Shown here piece after piece: positions 39,108 through 53,149 of a DNA stretch of 64,000 nucleotides. Position 1 is the first letter of the stretch. Each line of letters starts with the position of its first letter. A program made the translations under genes and the position numbers. The notes beneath the pieces were generated by a model. It was not told where the DNA came from. It was given only the letters and a program-made list of their open reading frames with translations, and did no database searches. Source of the stretch: Octopus sinensis. Taxonomy: Eukaryota. The stretch is from the NCBI RefSeq assembly GCF_006345805.1, contig NC_042998.1:149234001-149298000 (forward strand). Reading direction: 5' to 3'.

Positions 39108-40132
39108 GCATGTATGTGTGTGTGTCTGGATATGAGTATATATGTATCATTGGTATAGATAATTGCACTGACGCTTTGGTTGAGTATGAATTAAATTCAC
39201 CATAAAATGACGAAATATAATTTAATTAAAAAGAAAAACAAAATCAACAATTCATTAATTGAGACATACCTTCCGGTTTATTTGTTGATGTTTTTTATTA
39301 TTTTTGCTGTTGTTTAGACCTGGCCGAGTAGACCTGTGATTAAAAACGTTCTAGCCGAGAAACTCTCCATCCGTTTGTACACAAAGTCGACATTGTTGGG
39401 AGATTTGGTCGTTATTTACAGAACTTGGGATGGTACTTACGATTCTGTATTTCCTCTCTCTCTCTCTTTCTTGTTCTCTCTCATTCTCTCCCCCCCTCTC
39501 TCTCTATGCTTTCTCTCTGTATATACATTTTTCAAAGATCGATCAAATGTGTATGTTTATAGAGAAGGACAAGATTTTTACTAAATGAATTCTTTCTTTA
39601 ACATTCTTACAACACACGCAGGCACACACACACACACACGCTGAAAGTACGTACATGTTAACATAAGATATCATATATACACACACACACATATATATAT
39701 GTATGCATGTATTTTTATATGTATGTATGCATGTATATATATATATATTTACATGTATATATATATATACATATATACATCATATAATTAAGGGCTAAAG
39801 AGGGTTATTCTAAAGCCAAATACACTGTTTTATCCACTTATAATCCGCTTGTTACAGGAAAATTGAAACTGAAAACGGGCAACTAACCTTTAGAAAATTT
39901 AAATTTCGTTATCTCTATATTGAATCAATTTCGGACTTAATCTTATAAAAAAGATATATTCCTTCTTCAGTAGAACTTTCGATGGGATATAAATAAAATA
40001 CTCACGTATGATCATGGAAAAAGCACAAGCTAAAAACATAACTACACTTGAGTACATCACTTATATCTAAAAATAAAAATTCTAGATATTAATATATGTA
40101 GTAATGTATATTTATGTATATGTCTACAAAGG

Positions 40133-40165
<33 letters not shown>

Positions 40166-40454
40166 AATCTATACGGAAGATTCTTGTAACCGTCTGAGTT
40201 CAGTATTATCAAAGAACTCAGTGTAGGACAAAGGGCATCATGTAAATGGATTTATTCATATTCTTACAACAGTTTCAGTCTACAAATGTCCTCTTAGCAG
40301 ACATTTGCTTCGATAAGACAATGAACGCCATATGTAATGTATGAATAAACTCATTTATACACGCGCACACTTACACACGCACACACATACACATGTGTTT
40401 ATTCTTGTTGTGTGTATATGCTTATCTATGTATGTGCATGAGGGTGTGTGTGCG

Positions 40455-40485
<31 letters not shown>

Positions 40486-40893
40486 CATATTGAATAAGGG
40501 GATACTGAATACTATATATATAGTAAACTCATTATTTATTGAAAACGTTCTCACGTGTTGTCTAATACTGAAACATATGTAACAACTGAAACAGGGGATT
40601 ACCAAGTAATGCTCGTGTTCTTTTCTCTTAAACACAAACACACACACAAACACAAACACACACACCTGTGTGTGTGCATTGCGTGTGCGTGTGTATCAAC
40701 TTCTGTAAAGCCAGTATACCTGGAATACAGCTATGGATTTACAATATAAAATGGTGATGAACTATAACCTCGGATTCTGCCACAAGGCTACGCGGAGTTC
40801 TTTACTAATCCAAACATTATGGTTAGCCTGGTGTACTAACTGAGAGTTTATAAAGTATTTTGCCTGGACTGATAATCCTTCACTAATAACTTT

Positions 40894-41793
40894 TACATAG
40901 AGGGTGCGGTGAATAAAGTGTGATCTAAATTACGCATGAATGTAAATAACATTGACATCCCATTTTAACAGATGTATTTACCAAGACTACATAAAAATAT
41001 CTTGAAATACTAATGAGTAAATTTATTGAATAAAACGCCATTGGCTTCAACCATGGCCACCAGACTATTTCAGAATCACCTACAACTCTTCTGGGTGGTC
41101 TCCTGGTTTATATTGGTGAAAGCTACCATAATCCTTGCCTTCAGTTCATCTTTGCTGTTACAAAGAGTTTTGTTGGTCTCTCGCTCAACTGCGCCTCATA
41201 CATAGTAATTAAGGGGGTTGCAGTCTGGGGAATTAATTGGCCAGATGTTAGGAGTGGTGTCGTCTCAGAAATTATCTGACCGCCATGACTGGGTTCTCCC
41301 ACTGGTGTGGCATAGTGCATAGCACTGTTGTCAGACATAAGGTCTTCCAATAGGCACCCTCTTGACCCAGGGCGGCACTTCCTCCTCCAGACACCAGATG
41401 TAGGCCTCCGTGATGAGTCTGAGGCCGTCTGGGAAGGTGAATGGAAGCATAACGTTGCTATCACTAGTGATGACTCCAAACATCATGCTGTTGAATGGAT
41501 GTTTAATTTTTATCACTCTCGGTACAGATCTTCAGATTGCACTGCCCTCAGATTGACACCTAAACACTCTGAAATGTTTGTATTGGAGCTTCCGGCGCGA
41601 ATACCAAGCAGTATAGCATACCATTTCCAAATTTCTGTCAGAGCGAAGTGCGTCATGATGCTGTTTTTCTCTTAGGTGGTGCCCGTCTGACCCTACTATA
41701 CTGTGCAGTCGACAAAATCAAAAACAAACAATGAGCATGCGCAAAATTAGAAATACGAAATGGCTACAATTTACCCATCGAACCCAGTATGTA
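40894..41793 (-). mobile_element. Internally deleted Tc1/mariner element, DD37D (maT)-type
   Basis: MMFGVITSD...EAYIWCLEEEVPPWVKR...GRPYV*QQ[C]-37aa-SPDCNPL[N]YYV; imperfect 27-bp TIRs (20/27). Confidence 0.85.
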
Positions 41794-41850
41794 TATATGT
41801 ATATATATATATATAATATATATTATATATAATTTACCCATCGAACCCAG

Positions 41851-41897
<47 letters not shown>

Positions 41898-42344
41898 ATA
41901 TATATATGTATAAAAATACAAAATGGGACAAGAACGCAAAACATTCAAATAGACGATACGAAAAACGGACGGGTCATTCGAAGCCTCTAATCTTCAGTCA
42001 ATAACCGGATCATCCTCGCAATTTCGGCTGATTAATCTTGAGATTGCTCCGATCTGGCCAAAAACAAGTAAAAACTAAGCTACGAGCATTAGATTTCTTG
42101 GAAAAAGGTTCGAATGTATACGAAACAAGGACAGAAAAACGGACGATGTTATACGAATATAAATACAAAAAACACAATAATAATAATAATAATATAATAA
42201 TAATAAAATAATAATAATATAATATAATAGTAATAATGATAATAACAGGACAAAATCAACAGGCGTCTATACATATATATATATAATATATATATATACA
42301 CATACATACATACTACATACATACATTCATACATACATTCATAC

Positions 42345-42411
<67 letters not shown>

Positions 42412-42850
42412 ATAATTGATACGGAAGAGGAATATATTGGAAATATAATTTATCACAGCGATCATTTCGACACATCCTGCATCACTCGCTCGCAGTTATG
42501 CAATGAATGCCAATGAATTTCAAGTTTCCAGTATATTCTATCTTCCGTATCAATTGTTTTTACTATACTCAACGTGCACCGTGGAATTCCTAACGTAGAT
42601 GGAGTGACGATTGTGCAATTACCGTAAATGACGCCAGGTAGCCATACACAATGAATGTGCTTTGCCGGCATACCACTAGGGAGATAACCAAAACATAGTT
42701 TAAATTTAAATCTAAACTTTAATTATAACTGTATATATATATATATCAACAGGCGTTGATGATGCTTTAAAGAGAGAAATACATGTACCAAGCTTTCCTT
42801 TTGCCTTCAGACACTCAAACTCAATATATATATATATATATATATATATA

Positions 42851-43280
42851 TTCTTTTATTCTTTCACTTGTTTCAGTCATTTGACTGTGGCCATGCTGGA
42901 GCACCGCCTTTAGTCGAACAAATCGCCTCCTGGACTTATTCTTTGTAAGCCTAGTACTTATTCTATCGGACTTTTTGCCGAACCGCTAGGTTACAGGGAT
43001 GTAAACACACCACCATCGGTTGTCAAGCGATGTTAGGGTGAGAAACACAGACACACAAACATACACACACACTCACACACGCACACTTACGTACACACAC
43101 ACACGTACACACACACACACACACACACCACACACATATATATATATATATATAACGGGCTTCTTTCAGTTTCCGTCTACTAAATCCACTCACAAGGATT
43201 TGGTCAGTCTAAGGTTATAGTAGAAGACGCTTGCCCAATATGCTATACAGTGGGACTGAACCTGGAACCATGTGGTTGAT
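42851..43280 (-). mobile_element. SINE family 1, near full length
   Basis: Reverse complement of the family-1 body and head. Confidence 0.85.
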
Positions 43281-44769
43281 AATGCATTTCTTCGCTTTGC
43301 CTGACACCACTTCGCTGGCTAGGCATATTGGTCCACATCCCCCGGGAGACAATGTGGGACAGCGGCTTTTCTGATGATGCTTTAAAGGGAGACATACGTG
43401 TACCAAGCTTTCCTTTTTCCTTCAGACACTCAAACTATTTTTCTGTAATGGGAGGTCAATTTTGGAGAATCCTTGATACTTGAGATTCCATCCCTGTTGG
43501 AAGCTATTCCCAATTTCGATTTTGTCGAATTGGGGCGACGAAATATTAAGGACATATTTAAGGACGCCGGTAACAATTCGTCATCATTTTCGTGTTACAA
43601 CACAGGCAGGGAATGAGTGACCGAGGCCATGAAGCATAATATGTACTTCTTCCATACCTCCTCTTGTGACTCTGTTGTTTGAAGAAGACATAATTACATA
43701 AATCATCAGGTTACAATTAGTGTCATATCACACACGTTTCGTTGCTGAGGGCCATGGCATAAGACATTTGGAACAATAATTGGTAAGAAATTCTTAAGAG
43801 AGCTGAAAAACAGAAGATCTTCTAAGAAGAAACACCTTTCAGGTAAGTGTTTCGGCCCTTAACTCCTAATAAATCATTTTGAATAATAATATTTTAAAAC
43901 TGAACACAATAAATATCTACAACAAACACGGGAAAACAACTTCGCAATTGGTCACGTGAGGTTGGTGGCGCCACTGATTGTTCCATCAACAATTTAAATG
44001 ACGTAAATATGTTTTACTTGGACACTTTGCAGTATCATATTCTATTATATTCTGTGCTAATATACCCCGTGTCTTATCACAGAGTATATTATAGAGTATA
44101 CATGTTATAGTAATCAGAAACAAGAGCATCAACTCCAGTAGAGTTTATCCCATCTGGTGGTCGACCTTTCAACTTAGATATGGGCCGCATACCGAGTTTT
44201 GAGCTTAGAATCTTCTATATCAAGCCTACTTGTACGCCGCCCGCATTTGATGTTAATCGTTCATCTGTTTAACATCGCACAATATTTAGTTAAGCACCGG
44301 GATAATAGTTATTTGTACCTAATCGAGCCAATTACCTATCTATATTTTTTTTATATGTAAATCATAAATGTTTATTTTTTTCAGACCATAACTTCATTCG
44401 TTAATTTCTATTTCTTTTTCTAAACCTTCATATTATGAAGGATTAGATATATTTACAAGTCAATCTCATCCTATTTAAGGTAGATTTCTGTCCACGTTTT
44501 CCCTGCGCTTTTCATTGAAGTGTCTTTGCGAGCCATTTTACCGTGAAACAATTCTCATGTCCGAACTGTTACCATTTCCTCTTCTATATGCATCTAATTA
44601 ATCGATATATTCTAATGTTCGACTTTTTACCACCTATAACGTTATGTAACCGCGGCGTGTTTCAGTTTCGTAATTAAGGTTGTTAACATTAGACAGAAAG
44701 GGGTGTGCCCCCATAGTCTCGTTGGTTGATTTTTCTCTCTTTCATGTATACAGCTTTAGATTTCAGTGT

Positions 44770-44809
<40 letters not shown>

Positions 44810-44818
44810 GTGTGTGTG

Positions 44819-44850
<32 letters not shown>

Positions 44851-46939
44851 TCTGTATATGTATATATATATTATACATACATACATACATATATATATAT
44901 TATATAAATATATATTATATATATATATACATGCATATATATGTATGTATATATGTATATACATACACACAATATAGGTAGATATATAGATAGATAGACA
45001 GATGCTTAGTTGAGCAAGGTAATTATAATAACTGCCAGTTATTTTATGTGGGAGATGAAAGATTTTCCTTTTTTCTTTCTTTTTTTAAAATTCTTCCACA
45101 TCCTTTCTTTTTTTTAAAAAATAAACCTTTTCCTTCTCCGCCTCATTTTTTTCCAGCCATCTTCTGTTATAGTTATATTGATCAGTAATTGATCTCTGTA
45201 GCTATAATCCCGCTGTCCTCTCCACCTCTACCACCATCACCACTTCGATATTGCTTCTCTTCATATGAAGAGATATTATTATCTTCCCCAAATGTCAGTT
45301 AATCTGCCTGATGATACCCATGTGAAGTATTTTTATGACCTTAATATGTCGGTTATCATTTTGTGACACTGAATTACATTGGCATTTAACTATCAGCGTT
45401 TACTACCTTCGCTCTGTCATATCCTATTATATCTTGCTGCTATCTTGACTTTTTTCCCTATATTTTTGAATATAGTTTTGTCTCTTTCTTTTTCTTTTGT
45501 ATCCAAAATAGTTTCCGATCACATTTATCAATATTTCATTTGTATATATATTTTGCTTGTATTCCTTGTGTATGTATATTCACACTCCATATGATTTCCA
45601 GGTGTTTCAACACTCGATGTGTTGAGAGAGTAATACTCACTACGCGAAACCGCAACCTACCGGCAAATGCACCGAGGCTATACGCGTTAAATGTGTGTGG
45701 CCAACAGTGTTTATTACACTGGCGCTGCTTCTATTTCATATTTGAATTTATTCTTGTGTATGCATTGTCTGAGCATACCAGCACATAGTTTTCACCCTAT
45801 ATGCATATTATAAGTTGAAGACCGGTGATCTATTCACTTCTGATTTTGTTCAGGTACGTGATGTTGATAAGCATGGCGAAGCATCGATGTCCACCACTCC
45901 TGGATGGGATTTGGGGTGATTTATCCTGCTTGTCCACGACTTTCAGGTGTTTTAACACTCAGTGCTTTGCAGGAGTTATCTCCACCATGCCAATTCGCGG
46001 CCTACCGGCAAATGCGTGTAGTCTGTACGTGGAATATATAAGATTGATTATATATAAGAAAAATAAGAAAATAGAGATAAAGTAATTAGTAATCATTTAT
46101 TAATTACAAAAATAGACAAAATCACTGACAACTGTTTCGATTCAAACTTTAGAAATTAATTAAAATAATTAAAACATCATAAAGTTGACACTCGTCGGAG
46201 CTAGAAAAAAAAATATACCATTACATTTTTCTGTTTTTATGAGTTAAGTGTATATATTCATATCCCACATACTACCGAATTTTAGAACATCTTACGAATC
46301 CAGATGGATAATTCAGTTTCAGCTACCAAATGATTGCTGTCTGTCTGTATGTATGTATGATCTCAAACGCCACTAATTCAATTGATTTCCTTGCGTAGCT
46401 GTAGTTCATTATATGTTATAAACACGGATTTCTTTCACTGTTACTATGGTATTCCCCTCACTAGCTCCATTTTAGTACGCCGAAGGAACGTAATTATCTT
46501 GTTAACAACACGACTAACACAGTGATATTCAATGGAACTGTCTCCCTGCGGATAAACCACACGAGATCCCACCTTATGCTTACATACGTACGTACATACG
46601 TACATACATACATACATGCATGCATACATGCATGCATAGATACATATTCGCCCGCGCGCGTGTATATATATATATGATATATATATATTATATATATATA
46701 TATATATATATGCATGTACATATATTGTATAGGTTAATGAATATACATATATATATATATATATGTGAATGCATGTGTAAATATATATATATATATATAG
46801 ATATAATATATATATATACACGCACACACAATATATATATATATATATATAAGTGATGTACAGGTGTCAATTCATTACTTCGTTTCAAACGGCTCCTTTA
46901 ATTGATTATATATACATTATACACACACACACACACACA

Positions 46940-47073
<134 letters not shown>

Positions 47074-47921
47074 TACGTAAATACGGTTATAATCCTGGTT
47101 GTGCCGTCATGAAACACATCTGCATGGAGCACATCTGCATCAAAGTTGTACGTAGATGTTATATTCGCGTGAGGTGTGTATAAGAGTTGAAATATCCTGG
47201 AAAATACTTTTTCCTGAGTAATTACATATCGAAACAAGAGGTTAGAGAAAGGTTTTAGGATTATTTATTTACCATTACAGGTGTTTCCTTTGCTAATACA
47301 AGTTTAAAACATTGTTCATGTAGAAAAATATGTAAGATATTTCCTATTAGAGATCAAAAAATAACATCATTTGATTTTTCGTCGGAAAATTTCTAATAGG
47401 AGATATCTTACATGTTTTCCGACATGTACAGTTTTGTGACACCTATTAGCGAATGAAGCACGTGAATAAATTATACCAAACATTTTTTCCAATCTCTTCC
47501 ATATATTTATATATGTGTATATGCGAATGTATGTATGTGTGTGTATGTACATAAATATATTCGTGCATGTACATAAATATATACCTGTATACATATATAT
47601 ATGCACATATATCTATATACATACATCGCTATATGTGTGAGTGTGTGTGGGTGTGTATGTATGCATGTATGTATGTGCTTGTATGTGTGTATAGGAAATA
47701 TATGTCAGTCCTCTGAACTGCCTGTCAGAAATGTCCTCATATAACAGAGCATGAATATATATTCCCCTTCATTCTGTACAACTACAGATATATGTTATAC
47801 ATAGTATGGCACTATTACCAATTTCCACTACTAACCCCTACCACTATTACCATCTCCAACTATCACCCCTCTCCCCACAGTGCTATAACCATCCACAATT
47901 TTGTTGATGTCTTGACATAAA

Positions 47922-48067
47922 TTAACATAACACACCCAACACTGTTGCTCCCATCACAAACACTATGTCAAATATAGTCTTGAACCCTTTTCCAGTTTTG
48001 CAATTTGAAATTTTAATCAAAGTTAACGGAAGATCTTTAGATAATGTTGTTGAATCGTTCCTTTTGT
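47922..48067 (-). CDS. Candidate terminal exon encoding a hydrophobic C-terminus (GPI/tail-anchor-like); unconfirmed
   Basis: Acceptor-like tttcgattgttacag|, phase-1 open frame (D)KRNDSTTLSKDLPLTLIKISNCKTGKGFKTIFDIVFVMGATVLGVLC-stop; non-repetitive; no partner exon found. Confidence 0.25.
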
Positions 48068-48249
48068 CTGTAACAATCGAAATCTTCCATTTATCCAAGT
48101 AACCAATCATTACAATTCACCAATCTATCGGAGTCGAATAATACAAGCATTGTTACCTTTCTGTGATTAACAAATACCTTCGTTATCTTGTCCACTAATT
48201 TCAACATCATCATCATCCTCATCATCATCATCATTATTATTATTATCAT

Positions 48250-48630
48250 GGCGGCGAGCTGGCAGAATCGTTAGCACGCCGGGCGAAATGCGTAGCCGCA
48301 TTTCGTCTGCCGTTACGTTCTGAGTTCAAATTCTGCCGAGGTCGACTTTGCCTTTCATCCTTTTGGGGTCGATAAATTAAGTACCAGTTACACGCACTGG
48401 GGTCGATGTAATCGACTTAATCCGTTTATCTGTCCTTGTTTGTCCCCTCTGTGGGTAGTAAAGAAATAGGTATTTCGCCCGTCGCTACGTTCTGTGTTCA
48501 AATTTCGCCGAGGCTGACCTTACCTTTCATCCTTTTGGAGTTGATAAAATAAGTCCCAGTTGAACACTGAGATCGATGTAATCGACTAACCCCTCCTCCC
48601 ATATTATTGCCCTTGTGGAAAAATTTGAGA
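48250..48630 (+). mobile_element. SINE family 2, full length, followed by (ATT)n
   Basis: Head ggcggcgagctggcagaatcgttagcacgccgggcg. Confidence 0.9.
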
Positions 48631-48698
<68 letters not shown>

Positions 48699-48699
<1 letters not shown>

Positions 48700-49910
48700 T
48701 ATGTTTGACTTTTGCTTTATGTCTGTACAAGTTGGCTCCAAGTCTCACCCAGAGACCTCAAGAGACAACAGGTTGGAAGTTCTGTGCCATATATTGGGGT
48801 TTTTTTTTCTTTTTTTTTTTGGGTGTTGTACTAGTGAATGTCTAATACATAAAAAATAAATAAATAAATAAATAAATAAATAAAAAAGTTTGTTTTAAAC
48901 CTTGGGATTACATAGAGAGTAATTTGCGTAGGATATGAGCAGTTCCCATGAGCACTATCTTTTGAATTTCTGCCATTTTGGGGTTTCCTGGTATCTGAGT
49001 TAGGTAGCAATCAGTCCCTTTCGCTATCATTCCCAGAGCACCTATGACAACAGGTATTGTTTTAGTCTTCAGCTTCCACATTTTGCTGATTTCTATTTCA
49101 AGATCTTTATATTTGCTCAGTTTTTGGTAGGTCTTGACAGATACGTTTATATCGATTGGGACAGTCATATCAATGAGGAGGCATGTTCTTTGTCTGAAGT
49201 CTTTCAATATAATGTTTGGCCTATTTGCATCTATCTTCCTGTCAGTTTGAATGGTGAAGTTCCAAAGGAGTGAGATGTGGTCATTTTCAAGCACAGGAGG
49301 TGGATTGTGTTCCCACCAGTTTTTTTCATGGGGCAAATCCAGGTTTTTGCAAATTACCCAGTGAATATATTGTGCAGCTCTATCATGCCTACTGAGGTAC
49401 TCTGTAGGCGCTAGAAGACTGCATTTGGAGACAACATGGTCAATGGTTTCATTTTGTTGTCGGCATACACGACATGTTGGGCTACTGCCGTTCTTTAATA
49501 TGTTGGCCTGGTAGGCATTGATCTTGAGCTGCTATGATAAACCCCTCTGTTTCAGCTTTTAAGCCAGAGGCCATTAGCCATTGATGGGTCAGGGCTTTGT
49601 CGATATCTGCATTATTCGCTCTCTTTGGGTATTTGCCATAGAGAGGTTTCTTGCCATTATTATTCAGAATATCTAAGGCCGCAGTTTTGGCACGGGTTTT
49701 CATGCGCCTAGCTTTTTCTGTGCTTGTTTCTTGTATATCTATCTCTAATTCCGAAATTGGTTGTATTCGGAATTCACTTAGATATTCCTTTGCCTGTTTT
49801 GTGACTGAGTATGATGCTTTCTTGTTTTCATGTTTTGAGACAAGTTTTAACATCCAGTCCTCAGAGTTTTTCAGGTAGGTGTCTAGGCCAATTGTAGCAA
49901 TCTTCATTGT
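48699..49910 (-). mobile_element. 5'-truncated RLE-type non-LTR retrotransposon, R4/Dong-like
   Basis: AETEGFIIAAQDQ, CCHC knuckle CRVC...ETIDHVVSKC, RHD, NRP(N)IIL...LIDMTVP, KLSKYKDL; one frameshift; (TAA)n on both sides. Confidence 0.85.
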
Positions 49911-49959
49911 TATAATTATTTATTATTATTATTATTATCATTATTATCATCATCTCTTT

Positions 49960-50185
49960 AATCACAGGTTATGTTGGAACTCCTGGAGTCTTGCATTTTT
50001 TCCTTGTTTAAGTCATTCGACTTTGGCCATGCTGGCAGCAAAACCTTGAAGTGTTTAAGTCGAACAAATCAACCCCAGGACAAATATTTAAAGACTGTTA
50101 TTCTATCGGTCTCTCTCGCTAAAGTGCTACATTACGAGGACGTAAACAAACCAATACCTGTTGTTAAGCAGTGGTGAGGGATAGA
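49960..50185 (-). mobile_element. SINE family 1, 3' fragment
   Basis: ggccatgctggcagc...gtcgaacaaatcaacccc...gtaaacaaaccaatacctg. Confidence 0.7.
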
Positions 50186-50253
50186 CACATACAGAAAGAC
50201 ACACAAACATACATATGCATGTATGTATGTTATTTATAATATGAGTAATATAT

Positions 50254-50324
<71 letters not shown>

Positions 50325-50579
50325 ATGTATGTATGTATGTATGTATGTAAATATATATATATGTGGGCACAGGACTTCATGAAACGTGTACACCAAAAAA
50401 ACTACGCAACATGAGTATATGGAACATGAACTATTCTTTTGAACAGCGAAAGACACACGTGGGAAACAAAACAAACATAAAGTACGACCCTTCATCTGTT
50501 GTTGGCTGTTTCTCTAGTCTCGTATTTCGTGCATTTAACAACAATATGCGCTTTCGACAAAACAGTTGCTCCCGTAAAG

Positions 50580-50629
<50 letters not shown>

Positions 50630-50708
50630 ATATACACATATATATATGTGTATATGTATAGACATACATACATATACATACATATATATATATATGTGTG
50701 TGTGTGTG

Positions 50709-50970
50709 TATGGTCTGATCAATAAGTATACGGACTGTTACCATACTACTAAAGCGCGGAGAGTAAAGCCGCTTGGCACATATTGACTTTGAACTCTGCT
50801 GTGCATGCACACCAAGTTTTAACGTTCCAGCTCACTTCTGCTGTTTACAGCAGTGCTTGGAAAGAAGGTGTGTAGCGTGTTATCGTCGCATTGACCATGA
50901 CAGAGAAAGCTGAGCTGAGTATCTGCATAAAATTCCGTGAAGAGCTTGATGATACCTGTTCAGAGGCAGC
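50709..50970 (+). mobile_element. Mariner 5' fragment (TIR plus transposase start)
   Basis: TA-tggtctgatcaataagt TIR-like start; ATG at 50897 reads MTEKAELSICIKFREELDDTCSEA, like mariner MTEKxEQRICIKFCxKLG. Confidence 0.65.
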
Positions 50971-51635
50971 CAGAACATTTTAAAATATAAAACTTGCGGA
51001 GAGTTAGGGTTTCGAACGAACAAGCAGCAACAGAGTGGACGTACGGAGTAAATAGTCGACGAAGACAAACATTAAGTTCGTTAGGTCAAGACGCATTGTA
51101 ATGAGTAATGACTGGGAGAGATCTTGAAAGGATATAGAATAAATAGAAGAGAAGAAAATAGTAGAAGAGAAAAAATGTCGGGAGGCGAGAGAAATTACGT
51201 CTAGAAAAGCTAGAGGTGAGAGAAATGGCCTGTAGTCACGTGTGAGCAATCAAGCAGAGGGGAAGGGGTCAAGGGAAAGAAACAAAGGGAGTTAGGAAAA
51301 AGGAGAAGGAACGAAAGCTAGATAGTAGAGAGTGGAAGAAAGAGAGAGAGAGAGAGAGAGTAATTTGACCTTTGGGTCTATGTCTATTAGACCATTTGGA
51401 CTACCATATATATATATGTTCAAAATTAGGGAATGGAGTAGATAACGTCCCGGCTACATATGTTTCATAACTAGCAGAATCTCGGAAGCAGTATGTCCAA
51501 ATGAGGGGTTATCTGCTAGCTACTCGTCGGCCCAAAAATATGTTAGTCAAACGAAGTTACATTACCAGCTCGAAGCTTACTAACTTCCTACACCTTGATT
51601 CTTTGATCTTAGCTTTGCCTATATGTGTATATATA

Positions 51636-51693
<58 letters not shown>

Positions 51694-51714
51694 ATATATA
51701 TATATATATGTATG

Positions 51715-51870
51715 ATGGGTTTCTTTCAGTTTTCAGTTTTAGCTGCCAAATCCACTCAAAAGAGTTTGGGTGGCCCGGGACAAAAGTAAAAGGCACTTAC
51801 CCATTGTAGAACTCAACCTGGAACCATGTAGTTTTGAAACAAGCTTCTTACCACACAGCCACGCCTCCGT
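51715..51870 (-). mobile_element. SINE family 1, 5' fragment
   Basis: aagcttcttaccacacagccacgcct (reverse of head). Confidence 0.75.
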
Positions 51871-52761
51871 CCATGTGTGTGTGTGCGTGTGTGTGTATGT
51901 GTGTGTACGTCTTTTTCCTAATTTTCTTTTTTCTTTATTTCCCCTCCAACCTCTGTCGCCACCTACCTTGCTTCCTACACAACTCTATTTGTCCCCCCAC
52001 AACTCTTACCACATCCCCCTTCTTCTATCTTTCTCAGAGAAAACTTTACCAGAGAAAAACAAATTGTTTTCTTCCGCTCAGCAATTTTAACACTTTTTGT
52101 TGTTAATGTTGAATTAGTTAATATATTGTTATTATTGCTTTTGCTGTTGTCATTGTTGGTATCATTGCTGTTGTAATTATTATTATTGGTTTTGTCATTG
52201 TTGTTAGATTTATTGTTGTTGTTGTTACGGCTATTATTCTTGTTATTCCTGTTAATGTTTCTGGTACCCATGTTATTTTTTTGTTAGTGTATTGTGCTTA
52301 TTCTCATCATCATCGTTATCGCCTTTGTTGTAGTTGCCGTTGTTGTTGCTGCTGCTGACAATGACGATGGTAGTGGTGGTGGTGGTGGTGGTGGTGGTTG
52401 TGGTGGTGGTGGTGATGGCGATGATAGTTGTCGTGGTAGTGGTAGTGTTGTTGTTGGTAGTGGTGGTTGGAGGCGGTGATGGTGTCGGTATTGTTACCGT
52501 GATCGGTTATGAGTATATGAGTTATGTTATTGAGTATAAAGATGACAATGTCTTCGCTGATATTTTCCATGTCATTGCTGCTGCCAATGTAGGTGTTACT
52601 GCCGCTGCTACTGCTGCTGCTGTTGCTGCTGATGATGATGAAAATGATGAAGATGATGATGAAAATGATGAAGATGATGATGATGATAATGACTATAGGA
52701 TTAATAGCATATTCACTATAGTAATTGTTAACGTTTTCATGCAATATTTTTCATTGTTATA

Positions 52762-53060
52762 GGTGCCGTTATGGCTGTGTGGTAAAAAGAGTACTTACCT
52801 ACCACATGGTCCCAGGTTCTGTCCCACTGGTCAAGTGCTTTCTACTATAGTCTCGAGCCGACCAAAGCCTTGTGAGTGAATTTGGTAGACAAAAACTGAA
52901 AGAAGCCCGTTGTATATGTGTATGCGCGCGCGCGTGTGCCTTTGTGTCTGAACATGTCCCCTGGCACCATTTGACTGGTTCTGCTGTGTTTGTGACTACG
53001 TAACATAGTAGTGCAGAAAAAGTCATCGATAAAATAAGTACCAGGCTTAAGGAAAAAGTA
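52762..53060 (+). mobile_element. SINE family 1, diverged
   Basis: atggctgtgtggtaa...gagccgaccaaagccttgtgagtgaatttggtagac. Confidence 0.8.
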
Positions 53061-53149
53061 AGTTACACTTACGACGGTTCGATCTGGTTGCCCACCAAAA
53101 AGTCTACGCTAAGGGCATTAGACCTCTTTGTAAGAAAGCTAGCGAATGT

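Noticed and set aside
41975-42050. Hammerhead-like motifs on the minus strand (CTGAAGA...CGAAT)
   Set aside because: Helix II does not pair and GAAA is broken; too weak to call
46476-46587. Plus-strand exon candidate [30 protein letters not shown]
   Set aside because: The putative donor lies inside an (ACAT/ACGT) microsatellite, the acceptor is weak, and no homology is recognised
47083-47213. Minus-strand exon candidate EKVFSRIF...FDADVLHADVFHDG
   Set aside because: Acceptor plausible but no good donor; contains an internal 11-bp repeat; no recognisable family
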